Source: Candidatus Moraniibacteriota bacterium
Lineage (GTDB): Bacteria > Patescibacteriota > Minisyncoccia > Moranbacterales > GCA-2747515
Assembly (NCBI GenBank): GCA_023133275.1
Contig: JAGLWU010000020.1
Coordinates: forward strand, 1-63,210
Length of the DNA stretch: 63,210 bases
Direction of reading: 5' to 3'
Numbering within the stretch: position 1 is the stretch's first letter; every line of letters begins with the position of its first letter. Both the position numbers and the translations under genes were made by a program. The notes below the pieces were generated by a model. It ran no database searches and was not told where the DNA came from. It saw only the letters and a list, made by a program, of their open reading frames with translations. Positions 45,877 to 55,100 of the stretch are shown piece by piece.

Positions 45877-46671
45877 ATGAAAATAATTACTTGGAATGTT
45901 AATGGTTTGAGAGCGGTGGAGCGGAAAGGTGAAATTCAAAAATTGGTTGAAAATGAAAATCCTGATTTTTTGTTTTTGCAAGAAATTAAGGGAAAAAAAG
46001 AGCAGTTTTCTGAATTTTTAACGGAAAATAAAATTTATTCTCAATTTTATCATAGTGCGGAAAAAGCTGGTTATGCAGGTACGGGAATTTGGGCAAAAAA
46101 AACTTTTTTGGAAAAATGTGATAATATTAATTTTGATACGGAAGTGCCGAAAAATCCAGTAGCGGATGAAGGACGAATTTCACATTTGTCTTTTTCTATA
46201 AAAAATAAAAAATATCATTTGCTTTCTATTTATTTTCCGAATGGTGGAAAGAGTGAACAGGCTTGGGCAGAAAAGTTGATTTTTTTTGATCGAGTTTTAG
46301 ATTTTATGAATGAGTTGAGAAAAGATGGTGGCGAGGTAATTATTGGTGGTGATATGAATGTAGCTCATCGGGAGATTGATTTGGCTCGACCGAAAGCGAA
46401 TGATGGGAGGATTGGTTTTCATCCTGAGGAGCGAGCGTGGGTTGATCAGGTTTTGAAAAATGGCTGGCTAGATGTTTGGCGGAGTAAAAATTTTGAAGTT
46501 GAAAATATATATTCTTATTGGGATATGAAAACGAGGGCGAGGGATCGGAATGTTGGTTGGCGGATTGATTATTTTTTTGCTGATGAGAAAATTTTAAGAA
46601 AAGTTAAGGAAATTAAATATATTTCAGAACAAATGGGTTCGGATCATTGCCCTTTGATGATAGAGCTATAG
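45877..46671 (+). CDS. xth: exodeoxyribonuclease III
   Basis: MKIITWNVNGLRA, FLFLQEIK, GDMNVAH, IDYFF, SDHCPL. Confidence 0.9.
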   Translation: MKIITWNVNGLRAVERKGEIQKLVENENPDFLFLQEIKGKKEQFSEFLTENKIYSQFYHSAEKAGYAGTGIWAKKTFLEKCDNINFDTEVPKNPVADEGRISHLSFSIKNKKYHLLSIYFPNGGKSEQAWAEKLIFFDRVLDFMNELRKDGGEVIIGGDMNVAHREIDLARPKANDGRIGFHPEERAWVDQVLKNGWLDVWRSKNFEVENIYSYWDMKTRARDRNVGWRIDYFFADEKILRKVKEIKYISEQMGSDHCPLMIEL

Positions 46672-46727
46672 ATAATTAGATTTGTAGATCATTTAGACAA
46701 GTAGATTTTTTGTGAATCTTTTAAGAC

Positions 46728-46904
46728 GTATCCTGCTGAAAGATATAATTTGTTTAAGGGCAGAGCGTTTGAATACAAATTAATCTATTCAGTATTTACA
46801 CTTTAAGTTTAAAGAAAATTTAAAGTGGATCTTTCTTTCGAGATCCTGAATAAATTATTTAATTTTTCTGCGAAAACTAAAATAATTTTTCAGGATGATG
46901 TGAG
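46728..46904 (+). repeat. about 177-bp intergenic repeat, copy B1
   Basis: Collinear with 49665-49843. Shared segments: ...ATATAATTTGTT.AAG.GC.GAGCG.TTGAATACAAATTAAT...ACACTTTAAGTTT.AAGAAA...GATCCTGAATAAATTATTT.ATTTTTCTGCGAAAA.TAAAATAATTTTTCAGGATGAT. Confidence 0.85.
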
Positions 46905-46921
46905 TTGGGAGTTTTATGTTT

Positions 46922-46984
46922 TTCCGTTCGGGATTCTTCACTTAATAAATTTATCTGCGATAAATTTATTCTGTTTAGAATGAC
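46922..46984. repeat. right-half copy of the palindromic unit
   Basis: TTCCGTTCGGGATTCTTCACTTAATAAATTTATCTGCGATAAATTTATTCTGTTTAGAATGAC is nearly identical to 32541-32604. Confidence 0.8.
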
Positions 46985-47030
46985 AGGGAAACTTAAAGTA
47001 TCTTTAAATAATTTTGATTTGTAAAATATT

Positions 47031-47630
47031 ATGGCAAAAAAACGTGTGCGACATCATGTGAATCCTTTAGCGGATTTAACAGAATATTCATTTCAGGGAT
47101 TTGAAAATAATAATCCTATTATTATTGATGTGGGGGCGGATCATGGTGAATTTATTGAGGGATTATTGAAAAAATTTAGTGATGAGAAAAATTTTATTGT
47201 TTTTGAAATTCGTAAACCTTTGGCGGAAAAATTGAGGGAAAAATTTTCAGAATATAAAAATGTGATTGTTTTTGATGGTGATGCAAATCGTAATTTTGAA
47301 AATATTGTTCGACCTTGTTTAGAAAAATCTGAAGTTGAAGAAATTTATGTTAATTTTCCTGACCCTTGGTTTAAGGCTCGACACAAGAAACGGCGTTTTG
47401 TGAATGAGGGTTTTTTGCAGTCAATTAAAGATTGGATGTCGAGTTCAACGGAGTGGATTTTTCAAACGGATCAGAAAAAGTTGTTTGAGGATACTTTGGA
47501 GGTTTTGGAAAATGTTGGGATTGATAGGATTGAGTTTTTTAAAAATTCTCTTTATGATTTGCAAACTAAGTGGGAAAAGGCTAAGATTAAAGAAGATTCA
47601 GAAATTTATCGGATGAGGTTTAAAATTTAG
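47031..47630 (+). CDS. trmB: tRNA (guanine-N7)-methyltransferase
   Basis: IIDVGADHGEF and NFPDPWFKARHKKRRF, the TrmB signature. Confidence 0.9.
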   Translation: MAKKRVRHHVNPLADLTEYSFQGFENNNPIIIDVGADHGEFIEGLLKKFSDEKNFIVFEIRKPLAEKLREKFSEYKNVIVFDGDANRNFENIVRPCLEKSEVEEIYVNFPDPWFKARHKKRRFVNEGFLQSIKDWMSSSTEWIFQTDQKKLFEDTLEVLENVGIDRIEFFKNSLYDLQTKWEKAKIKEDSEIYRMRFKI

Positions 47631-47698
47631 ATTGGTAGATTTTTAGATTAGTAGATGATTAGGCTTGTAAAACTTACTGAAATTACTACGTCATTTTT

Positions 47699-47791
47699 GG
47701 GTTGAAAATTTTTAACCCCTACATTGCAATGATGAGGATGTTTTAGAATTTCAAAAAATGTTGAATGGTGGAAAGCCCGTGCGGCGAGCAC
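47699..47791 (+). repeat. palindrome-CTACA + conserved linker + GC box (copy C3, box exact)
   Basis: GGGTTGAAAATTTTTAACCCCTACA, then ..GATGAGGATGTTTTAGAATTTCAAAAAATGTTGAATGGTGGAA, then the box at 47774-47791. Confidence 0.9.
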
Positions 47792-47848
47792 TTTTAGTTT
47801 TTTAAGTTTTTAGATAAATTTTTTACTTTTAAATTTAATAATAAAAAT

Positions 47849-48472
47849 ATGAATATTACAAATGCAAAATTTATTCGGGGAGTGGTTGGATCGCATAATC
47901 TTTTGGTGGATGAAAAACCGCACATCGCTTTTATTGGGCGGTCGAATGTGGGGAAATCGAGTGTGATTAATATGTTGGTGAATCAGCGGAAGTTGGTTAA
48001 GTCTTCGAGTACGCCGGGGAAAACTCAACAGATTAATTTTTTTCTGATTGATGAGTGTTGTTATTTTGTGGATTTGCCGGGCTATGGTTATGCGAAAATT
48101 TCGCGGAAACGACGGGAGAAATTGCGGAAATTGATTTTGTGGTATTTTGTGAGTGGGGAGGCTCCGATTGGTAAGGCTTGTTTGATTGTGGATGCAAAAG
48201 CGGGGTTACGGGATTTTGATCGTGAGATGATGGGTGTTTTGACTGAGTATGATATTCCGTTTGTGGTGATTGCGAATAAGATTGATAAGTTGAATCAGAA
48301 GAATTTGCATAGGTCTTTGGTGAGTATTCAGGAGGAGATTGGTGATTGGGTGGAGGTTTTTCCGATTAGTGCGAAAAGTGGGAATGGGAAGGAGAAATTG
48401 TTGAAGGGGATTTTTCGTGGGGTTAGTTTTCCGGAAGTTGAGGAAATGGATGATGAGATTGTGAGGGATTGA
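47849..48472 (+). CDS. engB: ribosome biogenesis GTPase YihA/YsxC (EngB)
   Basis: IAFIGRSNVGKSSVIN (G1), PGKTQ, VDLPGYGYAK (G3), NKIDK (G4), SAK (G5). Confidence 0.9.
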   Translation: MNITNAKFIRGVVGSHNLLVDEKPHIAFIGRSNVGKSSVINMLVNQRKLVKSSSTPGKTQQINFFLIDECCYFVDLPGYGYAKISRKRREKLRKLILWYFVSGEAPIGKACLIVDAKAGLRDFDREMMGVLTEYDIPFVVIANKIDKLNQKNLHRSLVSIQEEIGDWVEVFPISAKSGNGKEKLLKGIFRGVSFPEVEEMDDEIVRD

Positions 48473-48513
48473 TTTTTGTGATATTGTTTTAGTATAATTA
48501 ATTTTTAAAATTT

Positions 48514-49026
48514 ATGAAAAAAATTGCTTTAGTTTTTATTTTAGTTTTTGTGTTTACTGGGTGTGGAAATAAAGAGGTAGAGAAAATAAAAGTGAATGAC
48601 GATGAACAATTAGAAGAAATGAAAAATTTGATTGAACAGCAAAAAAATGAAATTGAAAATTTAAATCAAAAATTTCAAGAGATGGAAAATAATAATGCTG
48701 AAGAGAAAACTGGAAAGGAAAGTGTTAATATTGAAAAGGATAATGAAATCACCGAAGAAGAGGCTAAAAAAATTGCTTCTAATGTAACTTATTGTCAAGC
48801 TAATGCAAATAGTTATTCATTAGATAATTATAATAGATTAAAAAAAGGACCTAAACAAATGAAAGAGAAATGTGAAGAAAAAAATGAATTAAAGGAAGAT
48901 CTTTGTAAGTCAACTGGAAATGAATGTGATGATGAGGATGATTGTGATAAAGTCTATAAAAATAACATGAAAGAAGTTGAGGAGTATAAAATTAAGTATG
49001 ATGAATATCATCAAAAGTGTGATTAG
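48514..49026 (+). CDS. lipoprotein, coiled-coil with Cys-rich C-terminus
   Basis: Signal peptide with lipobox FTGC. Confidence 0.55.
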   Translation: MKKIALVFILVFVFTGCGNKEVEKIKVNDDEQLEEMKNLIEQQKNEIENLNQKFQEMENNNAEEKTGKESVNIEKDNEITEEEAKKIASNVTYCQANANSYSLDNYNRLKKGPKQMKEKCEEKNELKEDLCKSTGNECDDEDDCDKVYKNNMKEVEEYKIKYDEYHQKCD

Positions 49027-49051
49027 TTAAAAATAAAAAACTGCTTTAAGA

Positions 49052-49597
49052 CTAGCAGTTTTTTGTTTCTTTAACTTTTAAAATTTCCTCAATAAATCCT
49101 TGAATAAGTAAATTTTTTGCATCACTTTCCGAAACACCACGAGACATTAAAAAATAAAGCTGAGCTTTGTTCAAGTCAGAAACAGTTGCAGAGTGAGAGC
49201 ATTTTACTTCATTTGGTAAAATTTCCAGTTGCGGTAAAGTAGAAACTTTTGCATTATCACTAATAATTAAATTCTGATTTTTTAAACTAGCTTGAGTTTT
49301 TTGAGCTTTTCTTTCGATTCTGATTTTTCCTTCGTAATCAAATTGTGATTCATTATCCAAAACAGTTTTAATTAAAAGATGACTTTCTGAATTTGGATAT
49401 TTGTGATGTTGGTTAGTTTTTAAATTGAATTTATTTTTTTCTTTTCCCTGATATAATCCAAAGATAAAAACTTTAGCTTTTTCACTTTCAATAGAAAAAG
49501 TAATTTCACCACTTTTATTTTCAAAATAGAAAATGTGTTTGCCTGATTCTTTGATGGTGTATTTTGTTTGATTGTCTTCGGTGATGTTTTTGAACAT
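49052..49597 (-). CDS. sufD: short SufD-like (SufBD family) protein
   Basis: C-terminal SufBD signature: VKCSHSATVSDLNKAQLYFLMSRGVSESDAKNLLIQGF. At 181 aa it is much shorter than canonical SufD. Confidence 0.65.
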   Translation of the reverse strand: MFKNITEDNQTKYTIKESGKHIFYFENKSGEITFSIESEKAKVFIFGLYQGKEKNKFNLKTNQHHKYPNSESHLLIKTVLDNESQFDYEGKIRIERKAQKTQASLKNQNLIISDNAKVSTLPQLEILPNEVKCSHSATVSDLNKAQLYFLMSRGVSESDAKNLLIQGFIEEILKVKETKNC

Positions 49598-49664
49598 TTT
49601 GGAAAGATTTATGAATTAAGATTTAAGAATAATTTAATTGTTTTTTTAAAATTCTTCAATATAT

Positions 49665-49871
49665 GTCATGCTGGAAAATATAATTTGTTCAAGAGCGAAG
49701 CGATTGAATACAAATTAATTTATTTAGTATCTACACTTTAAGTTTGAAGAAAGCTAAAAGCAGGTCTTTCTTCCTAGATCCTGAATAAATTATTTCATTT
49801 TTCTGCGAAAATTAAAATAATTTTTCAGGATGATATAAATGAGAAGTCGTGGAAGCCCGTGTGGCTAGCAC
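49665..49871 (+). repeat. intergenic repeat copy B2 followed by a GC box (2 substitutions, 49854-49871)
   Basis: See B1. The box AGCCCGTGTGGCTAGCAC ends 5 nt from the sufB stop codon. The element fills the sufB-sufD spacer. Confidence 0.85.
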
Positions 49872-49875
49872 TTTT

Positions 49876-51270
49876 TTATCCAACAGATTTTTTCATTTCT
49901 AAATTAATTAAGCGGTATAACTCTACTGAATATTCTAGCGGAATTTTGCGAATAATGGAATCGAAAAAACCGTTGATGATCATAGCTTGAGCTTTATCTT
50001 TTGATAATCCACGGGACATTAAGTAAAATATTTTATCTTTGTCGATTTTTTCTGTGCTGGCTTCGTGGGCGATGATGGAAGTTTTATTTTCCTGATTGAT
50101 TTTTGGATAAGTGTCAGATTGGGAAATGTCGTCCAAAATTAAAGCGTCGCACTGGGTATAATTTTTAGAATTTTCAGCATTCTTTTTTATATCGACTAAT
50201 CCTCGGTAACTGGAACGTCCGCCGTCTTTGGCGATAGATTTGTTAATTATTTTTGAGATTGTGTTTGGGGCGAAGTGAATCATTTTTCCGCCAGTGTCTT
50301 GATGTTGGTTTTCTCCAGCGAGTGAGATTGAAAGTAATTCTCCACGAGCTTTTTCACCAGCTAAAAGTATAGCGGGATATTTCATGGTTACAGCTGAACC
50401 GATGTTGCAATCGACCCATTCGACGGTGGCTTTTTTTTCCGCTCGAGCACGTTTGGTTACTAAATTATAAATATTGTTACTCCAGTTTTGAATGGTGGTG
50501 TAGCGAACTCTGGCGTTTTCTAGAGCAAAGATTTCTACAACGGCGGCGTGTAGGGAATTAGTTGAGTAAGTTGGAGCAGTGCAACCTTCAATGTAATGGA
50601 TGGAGGAATTTTTGTCGGCGATAATTAGTGTTCTTTCGAATTGTCCGAAGCGTTCTTGATTGATTCTGAAATAAGCTTGCAAGGGTAACTCAACTTTTAC
50701 GTTTTCGGGAATGTAGATAAAAGTTCCACCTGACCAAACAGCAGTGTTTAAAGCGGCGAATTTATTATCTGTTGGTGGAATTAGTTTTCTGAAATATTTT
50801 TTTACAATGTTGGGATATTTTTTTACAGCGGTATCCATGTCGCAGAAGATGACACCTTTTTCTTCTAAGTCTTTTTGGATTGATTCGTAGACTACTTCAC
50901 TTTCGTATTGGGCGGAAACTCCAGATAGCCATTTTTTTTCATGTTCGGGTACGCCGATTGCTTCGTAAGTTTCTTTGATTTCGGTGGGGAGCTCTTCCCA
51001 AGATTTTTTCTTTCCTTCGGTGGCTTTTAGAAAATAAGTTATTTCGTCGAAATTTATTTTAGATAAATCTGGTCCCCAATTTGGTAATTTTTTTTCTTGA
51101 AAAATTTTGTAGGCTTTTAATCGGGATTCTTTCATCCAGCTATCTTCTTTTTTGTAGTTGCTAATTGTTTCGACTACTTTTTTGTTTAATCCTTTTTTGA
51201 TTTTATGAAAAGCGACTTCTGGTTTGGAGAAGTTATGGTTTTGATTGAATTGTAGGTTTTGGTTAGGCAT
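49876..51270 (-). CDS. sufB: Fe-S cluster assembly protein SufB
   Basis: GVIFCDM, AALNTAVWSGG.FIYIP, RTLIIADKNSSIHYIEGCTAP, TQCDALILD, EASTEKI, FYLMSRGL. I place the start at MPNQ (ATG at 51270). The track start at 51288 is a non-ATG extension. Confidence 0.9.
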   Translation of the reverse strand: MPNQNLQFNQNHNFSKPEVAFHKIKKGLNKKVVETISNYKKEDSWMKESRLKAYKIFQEKKLPNWGPDLSKINFDEITYFLKATEGKKKSWEELPTEIKETYEAIGVPEHEKKWLSGVSAQYESEVVYESIQKDLEEKGVIFCDMDTAVKKYPNIVKKYFRKLIPPTDNKFAALNTAVWSGGTFIYIPENVKVELPLQAYFRINQERFGQFERTLIIADKNSSIHYIEGCTAPTYSTNSLHAAVVEIFALENARVRYTTIQNWSNNIYNLVTKRARAEKKATVEWVDCNIGSAVTMKYPAILLAGEKARGELLSISLAGENQHQDTGGKMIHFAPNTISKIINKSIAKDGGRSSYRGLVDIKKNAENSKNYTQCDALILDDISQSDTYPKINQENKTSIIAHEASTEKIDKDKIFYLMSRGLSKDKAQAMIINGFFDSIIRKIPLEYSVELYRLINLEMKKSVG

Positions 51271-51868
51271 TTTTAAAATAATTATCAAAGTCTTTTGGTA
51301 AATTATTTAAAGGTTTTGATTTTGAATAATATTTTGAGTCAAATGAAGTAAAGTCAACGCCTCCAACTTTCGTTATAACATTGAATTCTCCTAAAGCTTC
51401 GTCAAGAAATAAAAATCCTACTTGTATAAATAACTTTCTAGATTCATCTTTATAGTTTTTAAATAAAAGAAGAATTCCAACTTTGTTAGGGTTTTCATCT
51501 TTAAATAATAATATGTATTTAACTTCAGAGGCTTTTATTTTTGTATTAGCAATTTCAATATTGCTCAATTCTTTTCTTCTAGGTCTGAATTTTATAACAT
51601 TGAAAAGTTTTAATTTAGGGGTTTGTTTGTGTAGTTTTTCAACAGAGATAAAAGCTGATTTTATTCCATCTGCACTTATAACAAAATTCCTCCTGTTATT
51701 CCTAATTGATCCAAATTCAAAAGTTAGATTGTTATCTATTTTATGTAATTCTATAGATAACTCGTCAAATATTTTTCCTTGATCTTTTTCAAAATTATAA
51801 ATTTTTTCTTCATTTTTTTGAAAGTATTTCCAGAACCTTTTTTCTTTTTTTGAGTCAAATAAAAACAT
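51263..51868 (-). CDS. hypothetical protein embedded in the suf operon
   Basis: 201-aa ORF, 17 nt after sufC. Its stop overlaps the sufB start (ATGCCTAA). No motif recognised. Confidence 0.5.
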   Translation of the reverse strand: MFLFDSKKEKRFWKYFQKNEEKIYNFEKDQGKIFDELSIELHKIDNNLTFEFGSIRNNRRNFVISADGIKSAFISVEKLHKQTPKLKLFNVIKFRPRRKELSNIEIANTKIKASEVKYILLFKDENPNKVGILLLFKNYKDESRKLFIQVGFLFLDEALGEFNVITKVGGVDFTSFDSKYYSKSKPLNNLPKDFDNYFKNA

Positions 51869-51885
51869 ATGATTAATATTAATAA

Positions 51886-52605
51886 TTATATTTTATCAAA
51901 GCCTTCTTTTTCTATTTTTTCTATTAATTTGAAATCTCCTTCTTTTATTATTTCTCCGTCTTTTAGGACTAGGACGTGGTCGGGTTTTAATTCTTTAAAG
52001 ATCTTGTTTTGGTGGGTGATTATTACTAATGTTTTTTCGGTATTTCGGATAAAGTTTTTTAGGAAAGTTGAGATTGTTTTTATTGCATCAACGTCTACTC
52101 CTGTGTCAATTTCGTCGAGGAAGATATATTCTGGGTCGAGAATTGCCATTTGTAATAATTCCATTTTTTTTCTTTCGCCACCGCTAAATCCTTCATTAAG
52201 TGATCTGTCTAGTAATTCTTCGGGGATTTTTAATTCTTCGGCGTAGAGGGATATTTTTTTTAGTAATTCTTTGGCTGGGATGGATTTGTTTTTGGTTACG
52301 GCACGGAGGAGTTGTTTTATGGTTACGCCTGAGATTTCGGGTGGGGACTGTATGGATGCGAAAATGCCTTGTTCTGCTCGTTCGTTGGTTTCGATATTTT
52401 TGATTGATTTTTCGTTTAATTTTATTTCACTATTTTGGGAAATTGTGAAAAGGGGATCTCCCATGATTGTTTTGACGAGGGTTGATTTTCCGCTTCCATT
52501 TACACCCATGACGGCATAGATTTTTCCTTTTTGAAAAGTAGCAGTGATGTTTTTAAGGATGGTTTTTTTGTTGGCTTTTGTGGTTAGGTTTTTTATTGAA
52601 AGCAT
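51886..52605 (-). CDS. sufC: Fe-S cluster assembly ATPase SufC
   Basis: GVNGSGKST (Walker A), FSGGERKK (ABC signature), IFLDEIDTGVD (Walker B), ITHQ. Confidence 0.9.
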   Translation of the reverse strand: MLSIKNLTTKANKKTILKNITATFQKGKIYAVMGVNGSGKSTLVKTIMGDPLFTISQNSEIKLNEKSIKNIETNERAEQGIFASIQSPPEISGVTIKQLLRAVTKNKSIPAKELLKKISLYAEELKIPEELLDRSLNEGFSGGERKKMELLQMAILDPEYIFLDEIDTGVDVDAIKTISTFLKNFIRNTEKTLVIITHQNKIFKELKPDHVLVLKDGEIIKEGDFKLIEKIEKEGFDKI

Positions 52606-52933
52606 AAGTTAGTTTTTAGTTAGTAGAAAGTAGCTAATAGGTTTTTAGAAAGGTGTGTCATTTTGGATATGGTGAAAGGGTCATTTTTTGTAATGATGTG
52701 CCTTCTTTTATTTAAAGGGTTTTTTGGGAATTGGTCAAGGCTTGACAAGATGATGATGATGATGTATGCTTAGCTGTTATGGTATGAGATTAATTTAATT
52801 TCTATTGTAACTTGTTCTTTGAATGAATTGAAATGTGCTTCTTTTGTCAATTATGTTTTTTAGAGTTTTTTAGAAGATATAATTTGACAAGTAGAAGTAT
52901 ATTTTTAATTTTTTGTCCTAGGAGGGCAATATT

Positions 52934-53329
52934 ATGACAAAAGCAATTCTTTTCTTTTTTCTGGCAATTTTTATGACTCTCGTTTCTTTTTCTGCCGTTG
53001 GGGCAGAGGAGAAATGTTTTACTAAAGATGTCTTGCGGTTGGAGTTATTGACGGGAGAAAAACCCTCATGTTGGATAAAAAAAGAACAGGAGGAGGCTGA
53101 AAGGAGAGAAGATAAATTTTGGGAAAAATTTTATCAGATTCTGGAGAATGAATCGGAGAACTCTAGGCCTAGGATGGTTAGCTTGAGATTTATGAAAGAG
53201 TTGGAAGAAAATTACAGAAGTATTTGTAATGATATAGAGGGGATACTTTCTGGAAGTTTTCTAACAGAAAAACAAAGAAAAGATTTAATAAGTTTAAGAT
53301 CTTTTTTTTGTGAAGATCCAGCGGAATAA
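52934..53329 (+). CDS. small secreted protein
   Basis: Signal peptide AILFFFLAIFMTLVSFSAVGA. AGGAGG Shine-Dalgarno 8 nt upstream. Confidence 0.5.
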   Translation: MTKAILFFFLAIFMTLVSFSAVGAEEKCFTKDVLRLELLTGEKPSCWIKKEQEEAERREDKFWEKFYQILENESENSRPRMVSLRFMKELEENYRSICNDIEGILSGSFLTEKQRKDLISLRSFFCEDPAE

Positions 53330-53336
53330 TCCGCAA

Positions 53337-53387
53337 AAAGACCGGTTGACTAAATGCGTTTACGCTTTAGAGTCATCGGTCTTTTTT
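53337..53387 (+). terminator. intrinsic terminator
   Basis: AAAGACCGGTTGAC ... GTCATCGGTCTTTTTT. Confidence 0.6.
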
Positions 53388-53445
53388 AAATTGTCTAAAA
53401 ATTCTATGGTAAAATAAAAAAGAAATAAATTTTAAAAATAATCTT

Positions 53446-54495
53446 ATGCAAAAAATAAATTTAGCAGTAATTTTTGGAGGAAAATCTGGAGAACATGAAA
53501 TTTCACTTTCATCTGCTCGAGGAGTAATCAGTTCGTTAAATAAAGAAAAATACAACATTCAACATTTAGCCATAACCAAAAAAGGACAGTGGCTCGCAGG
53601 ACAAGAAGCTGAACAATATTTAGAATTAACTGAAAAGTTTAAAATAAATAGTGAAGAAGTAGAAAAACTAATTTCCGAAAGCAAAAAGGATGGATTAGAA
53701 ATTTTAATTAAAAAAGAAATTGATGGAGAAAAAATCGATGTGATTTTACCGATTTTGCACGGACCTTTTGGAGAGGATGGAAAACTTCAGGGAATGTTAG
53801 AAATAATTAATTTACCTTATATTTTTTCAAAACCTTTAGCTCATGCAATTGCCATGAATAAACCGAAAGCTAAAATTATTGCAGAACATGTGGGAGTTTT
53901 GACAGCTAACAGTTTTTCGTTTAATAAAAAAGATGAACTTGATGTGAATGAAATTATTGATGAATTAGATTTTCCAATTGTGGTAAAACCAGCGGAATTG
54001 GGTTCTTCTGTTGGGATGACGCTTGCAAAAAATGAAAAAGATTTGAAAGCAGGAATTAAAAAGGCTTTTGCGGTAGATGAAAATATTATTTTGGAGCGAT
54101 TTATTTCAGGGCGGGAAATGACGGTTCCTGTGGCGGATATTAAAAAACCTGAGGCAGTGGCGGTTATGGAAATTATTGCACAGAAAGTAGAGTGGTATGA
54201 TTACAATTCAAAGTATGAGGAGGGTGGTAGTCGGCATGTTTGTCCAGCGGAAATTCCTGAGGAAGTTGAACAAAAATTGAAAGAGCAGGCAGTGAGAATT
54301 TTTCAGGAAATTGGTTGTCGAGATTTGGCACGAGCGGATTTTATTTGGGATGATGAGAATGATCAAATTTATTTTTTGGAAATTAATACGATTCCAGGGA
54401 TGACGCCGACGAGTTTGGCTCCAGAAACAATTCAGAAAAATGGAATGGAGTTGGGTGATTTTTTGGATAAATTAATTGAGAAACGTTTGGGTTAG
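53446..54495 (+). CDS. ddl: D-alanine--D-alanine ligase
   Basis: INLAVIFGGKSGEHEISLSSA, LHGPFGEDGKLQG, PIVVKPAELGSSVG, LEINTIPGMT. Confidence 0.9.
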   Translation: MQKINLAVIFGGKSGEHEISLSSARGVISSLNKEKYNIQHLAITKKGQWLAGQEAEQYLELTEKFKINSEEVEKLISESKKDGLEILIKKEIDGEKIDVILPILHGPFGEDGKLQGMLEIINLPYIFSKPLAHAIAMNKPKAKIIAEHVGVLTANSFSFNKKDELDVNEIIDELDFPIVVKPAELGSSVGMTLAKNEKDLKAGIKKAFAVDENIILERFISGREMTVPVADIKKPEAVAVMEIIAQKVEWYDYNSKYEEGGSRHVCPAEIPEEVEQKLKEQAVRIFQEIGCRDLARADFIWDDENDQIYFLEINTIPGMTPTSLAPETIQKNGMELGDFLDKLIEKRLG

Positions 54496-54531
54496 TTTTT
54501 GAATAAGAGGACATGACCTCTTATTCATTTT

Positions 54532-54562
54532 AAAAAGCAAGATTTACTTCTTGCTTTTTTTT
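54532..54562 (+). terminator. intrinsic terminator after ddl
   Basis: GCAAGA-tttact-TCTTGC followed by T8. It is preceded by a second hairpin, GAATAAGAGGacatgaCCTCTTATTC, at 54501-54526. Confidence 0.7.
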
Positions 54563-54573
54563 GATTAATTTTT

Positions 54574-54621
54574 GTGTTCGTCGCACGAGCTTTTGGGTTT
54601 GCCAGTAGCAAACCCCTACAA
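54574..54621 (-). repeat. GC box (3 substitutions, reverse) + palindrome GGGTTTGCCAGTAGCAAACCC + CTACA
   Basis: GTGTTCGTCGCACGAGCTTTTGGGTTTGCCAGTAGCAAACCCCTACAA. Confidence 0.8.
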
Positions 54622-54681
54622 ACAAACTTTTAATTTATCGCAGGGTAGGTGCAAAGCACTGTCCTTACAAAATTGAAAAAT

Positions 54682-54996
54682 TTAATTTAAAATAAGTTGT
54701 AAATTATTTTTTGTGGAATATTTTTTTAATGAATTTTTGATTGATTCTTTTGCGTCGGTGTAAATTCTGATTTCTTGGATACTAGCGGTTCCGCGGATTT
54801 TTAGTAATAATCCACTTTCCATTTCGCTAACTTTGATAGCGTGTTTTCCGCTTTTAATTCCGTGTTTAATAAATCCAACAGAAATTTTTTTGACTTCTGG
54901 ATTTTTACTTAATAAATCTACAATTTTTTCAGCAACAGGGATTATAGTGGTGTGTCGTCCTTTTATTTTTCCGCCTTGTCGGTGTCCTTTTGACAT
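54682..54996 (-). CDS. small basic hypothetical protein (104 aa)
   Basis: MSKGHRQGGKIKGRHTTIIP... No family assigned with confidence. The gene is bracketed by inverted GC boxes at 54574 and 55071. Confidence 0.5.
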   Translation of the reverse strand: MSKGHRQGGKIKGRHTTIIPVAEKIVDLLSKNPEVKKISVGFIKHGIKSGKHAIKVSEMESGLLLKIRGTASIQEIRIYTDAKESIKNSLKKYSTKNNLQLILN

Positions 54997-55070
54997 AATT
55001 ATTTTTTCAAAAATTTATTTCTTGCTTCGTTATATTTTTTATAAACTAATTTAATTCTTTAAAATTTAAA

Positions 55071-55088
55071 AGCCCGTGCGACGAGTGC
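55071..55088 (+). repeat. GC-box repeat, 3 substitutions
   Basis: AGCCCGTGCGACGAGTGC, 13 nt from the stop of the 55101-56162 gene. Confidence 0.8.
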
Positions 55089-55100
55089 TTTTTTATTGGC

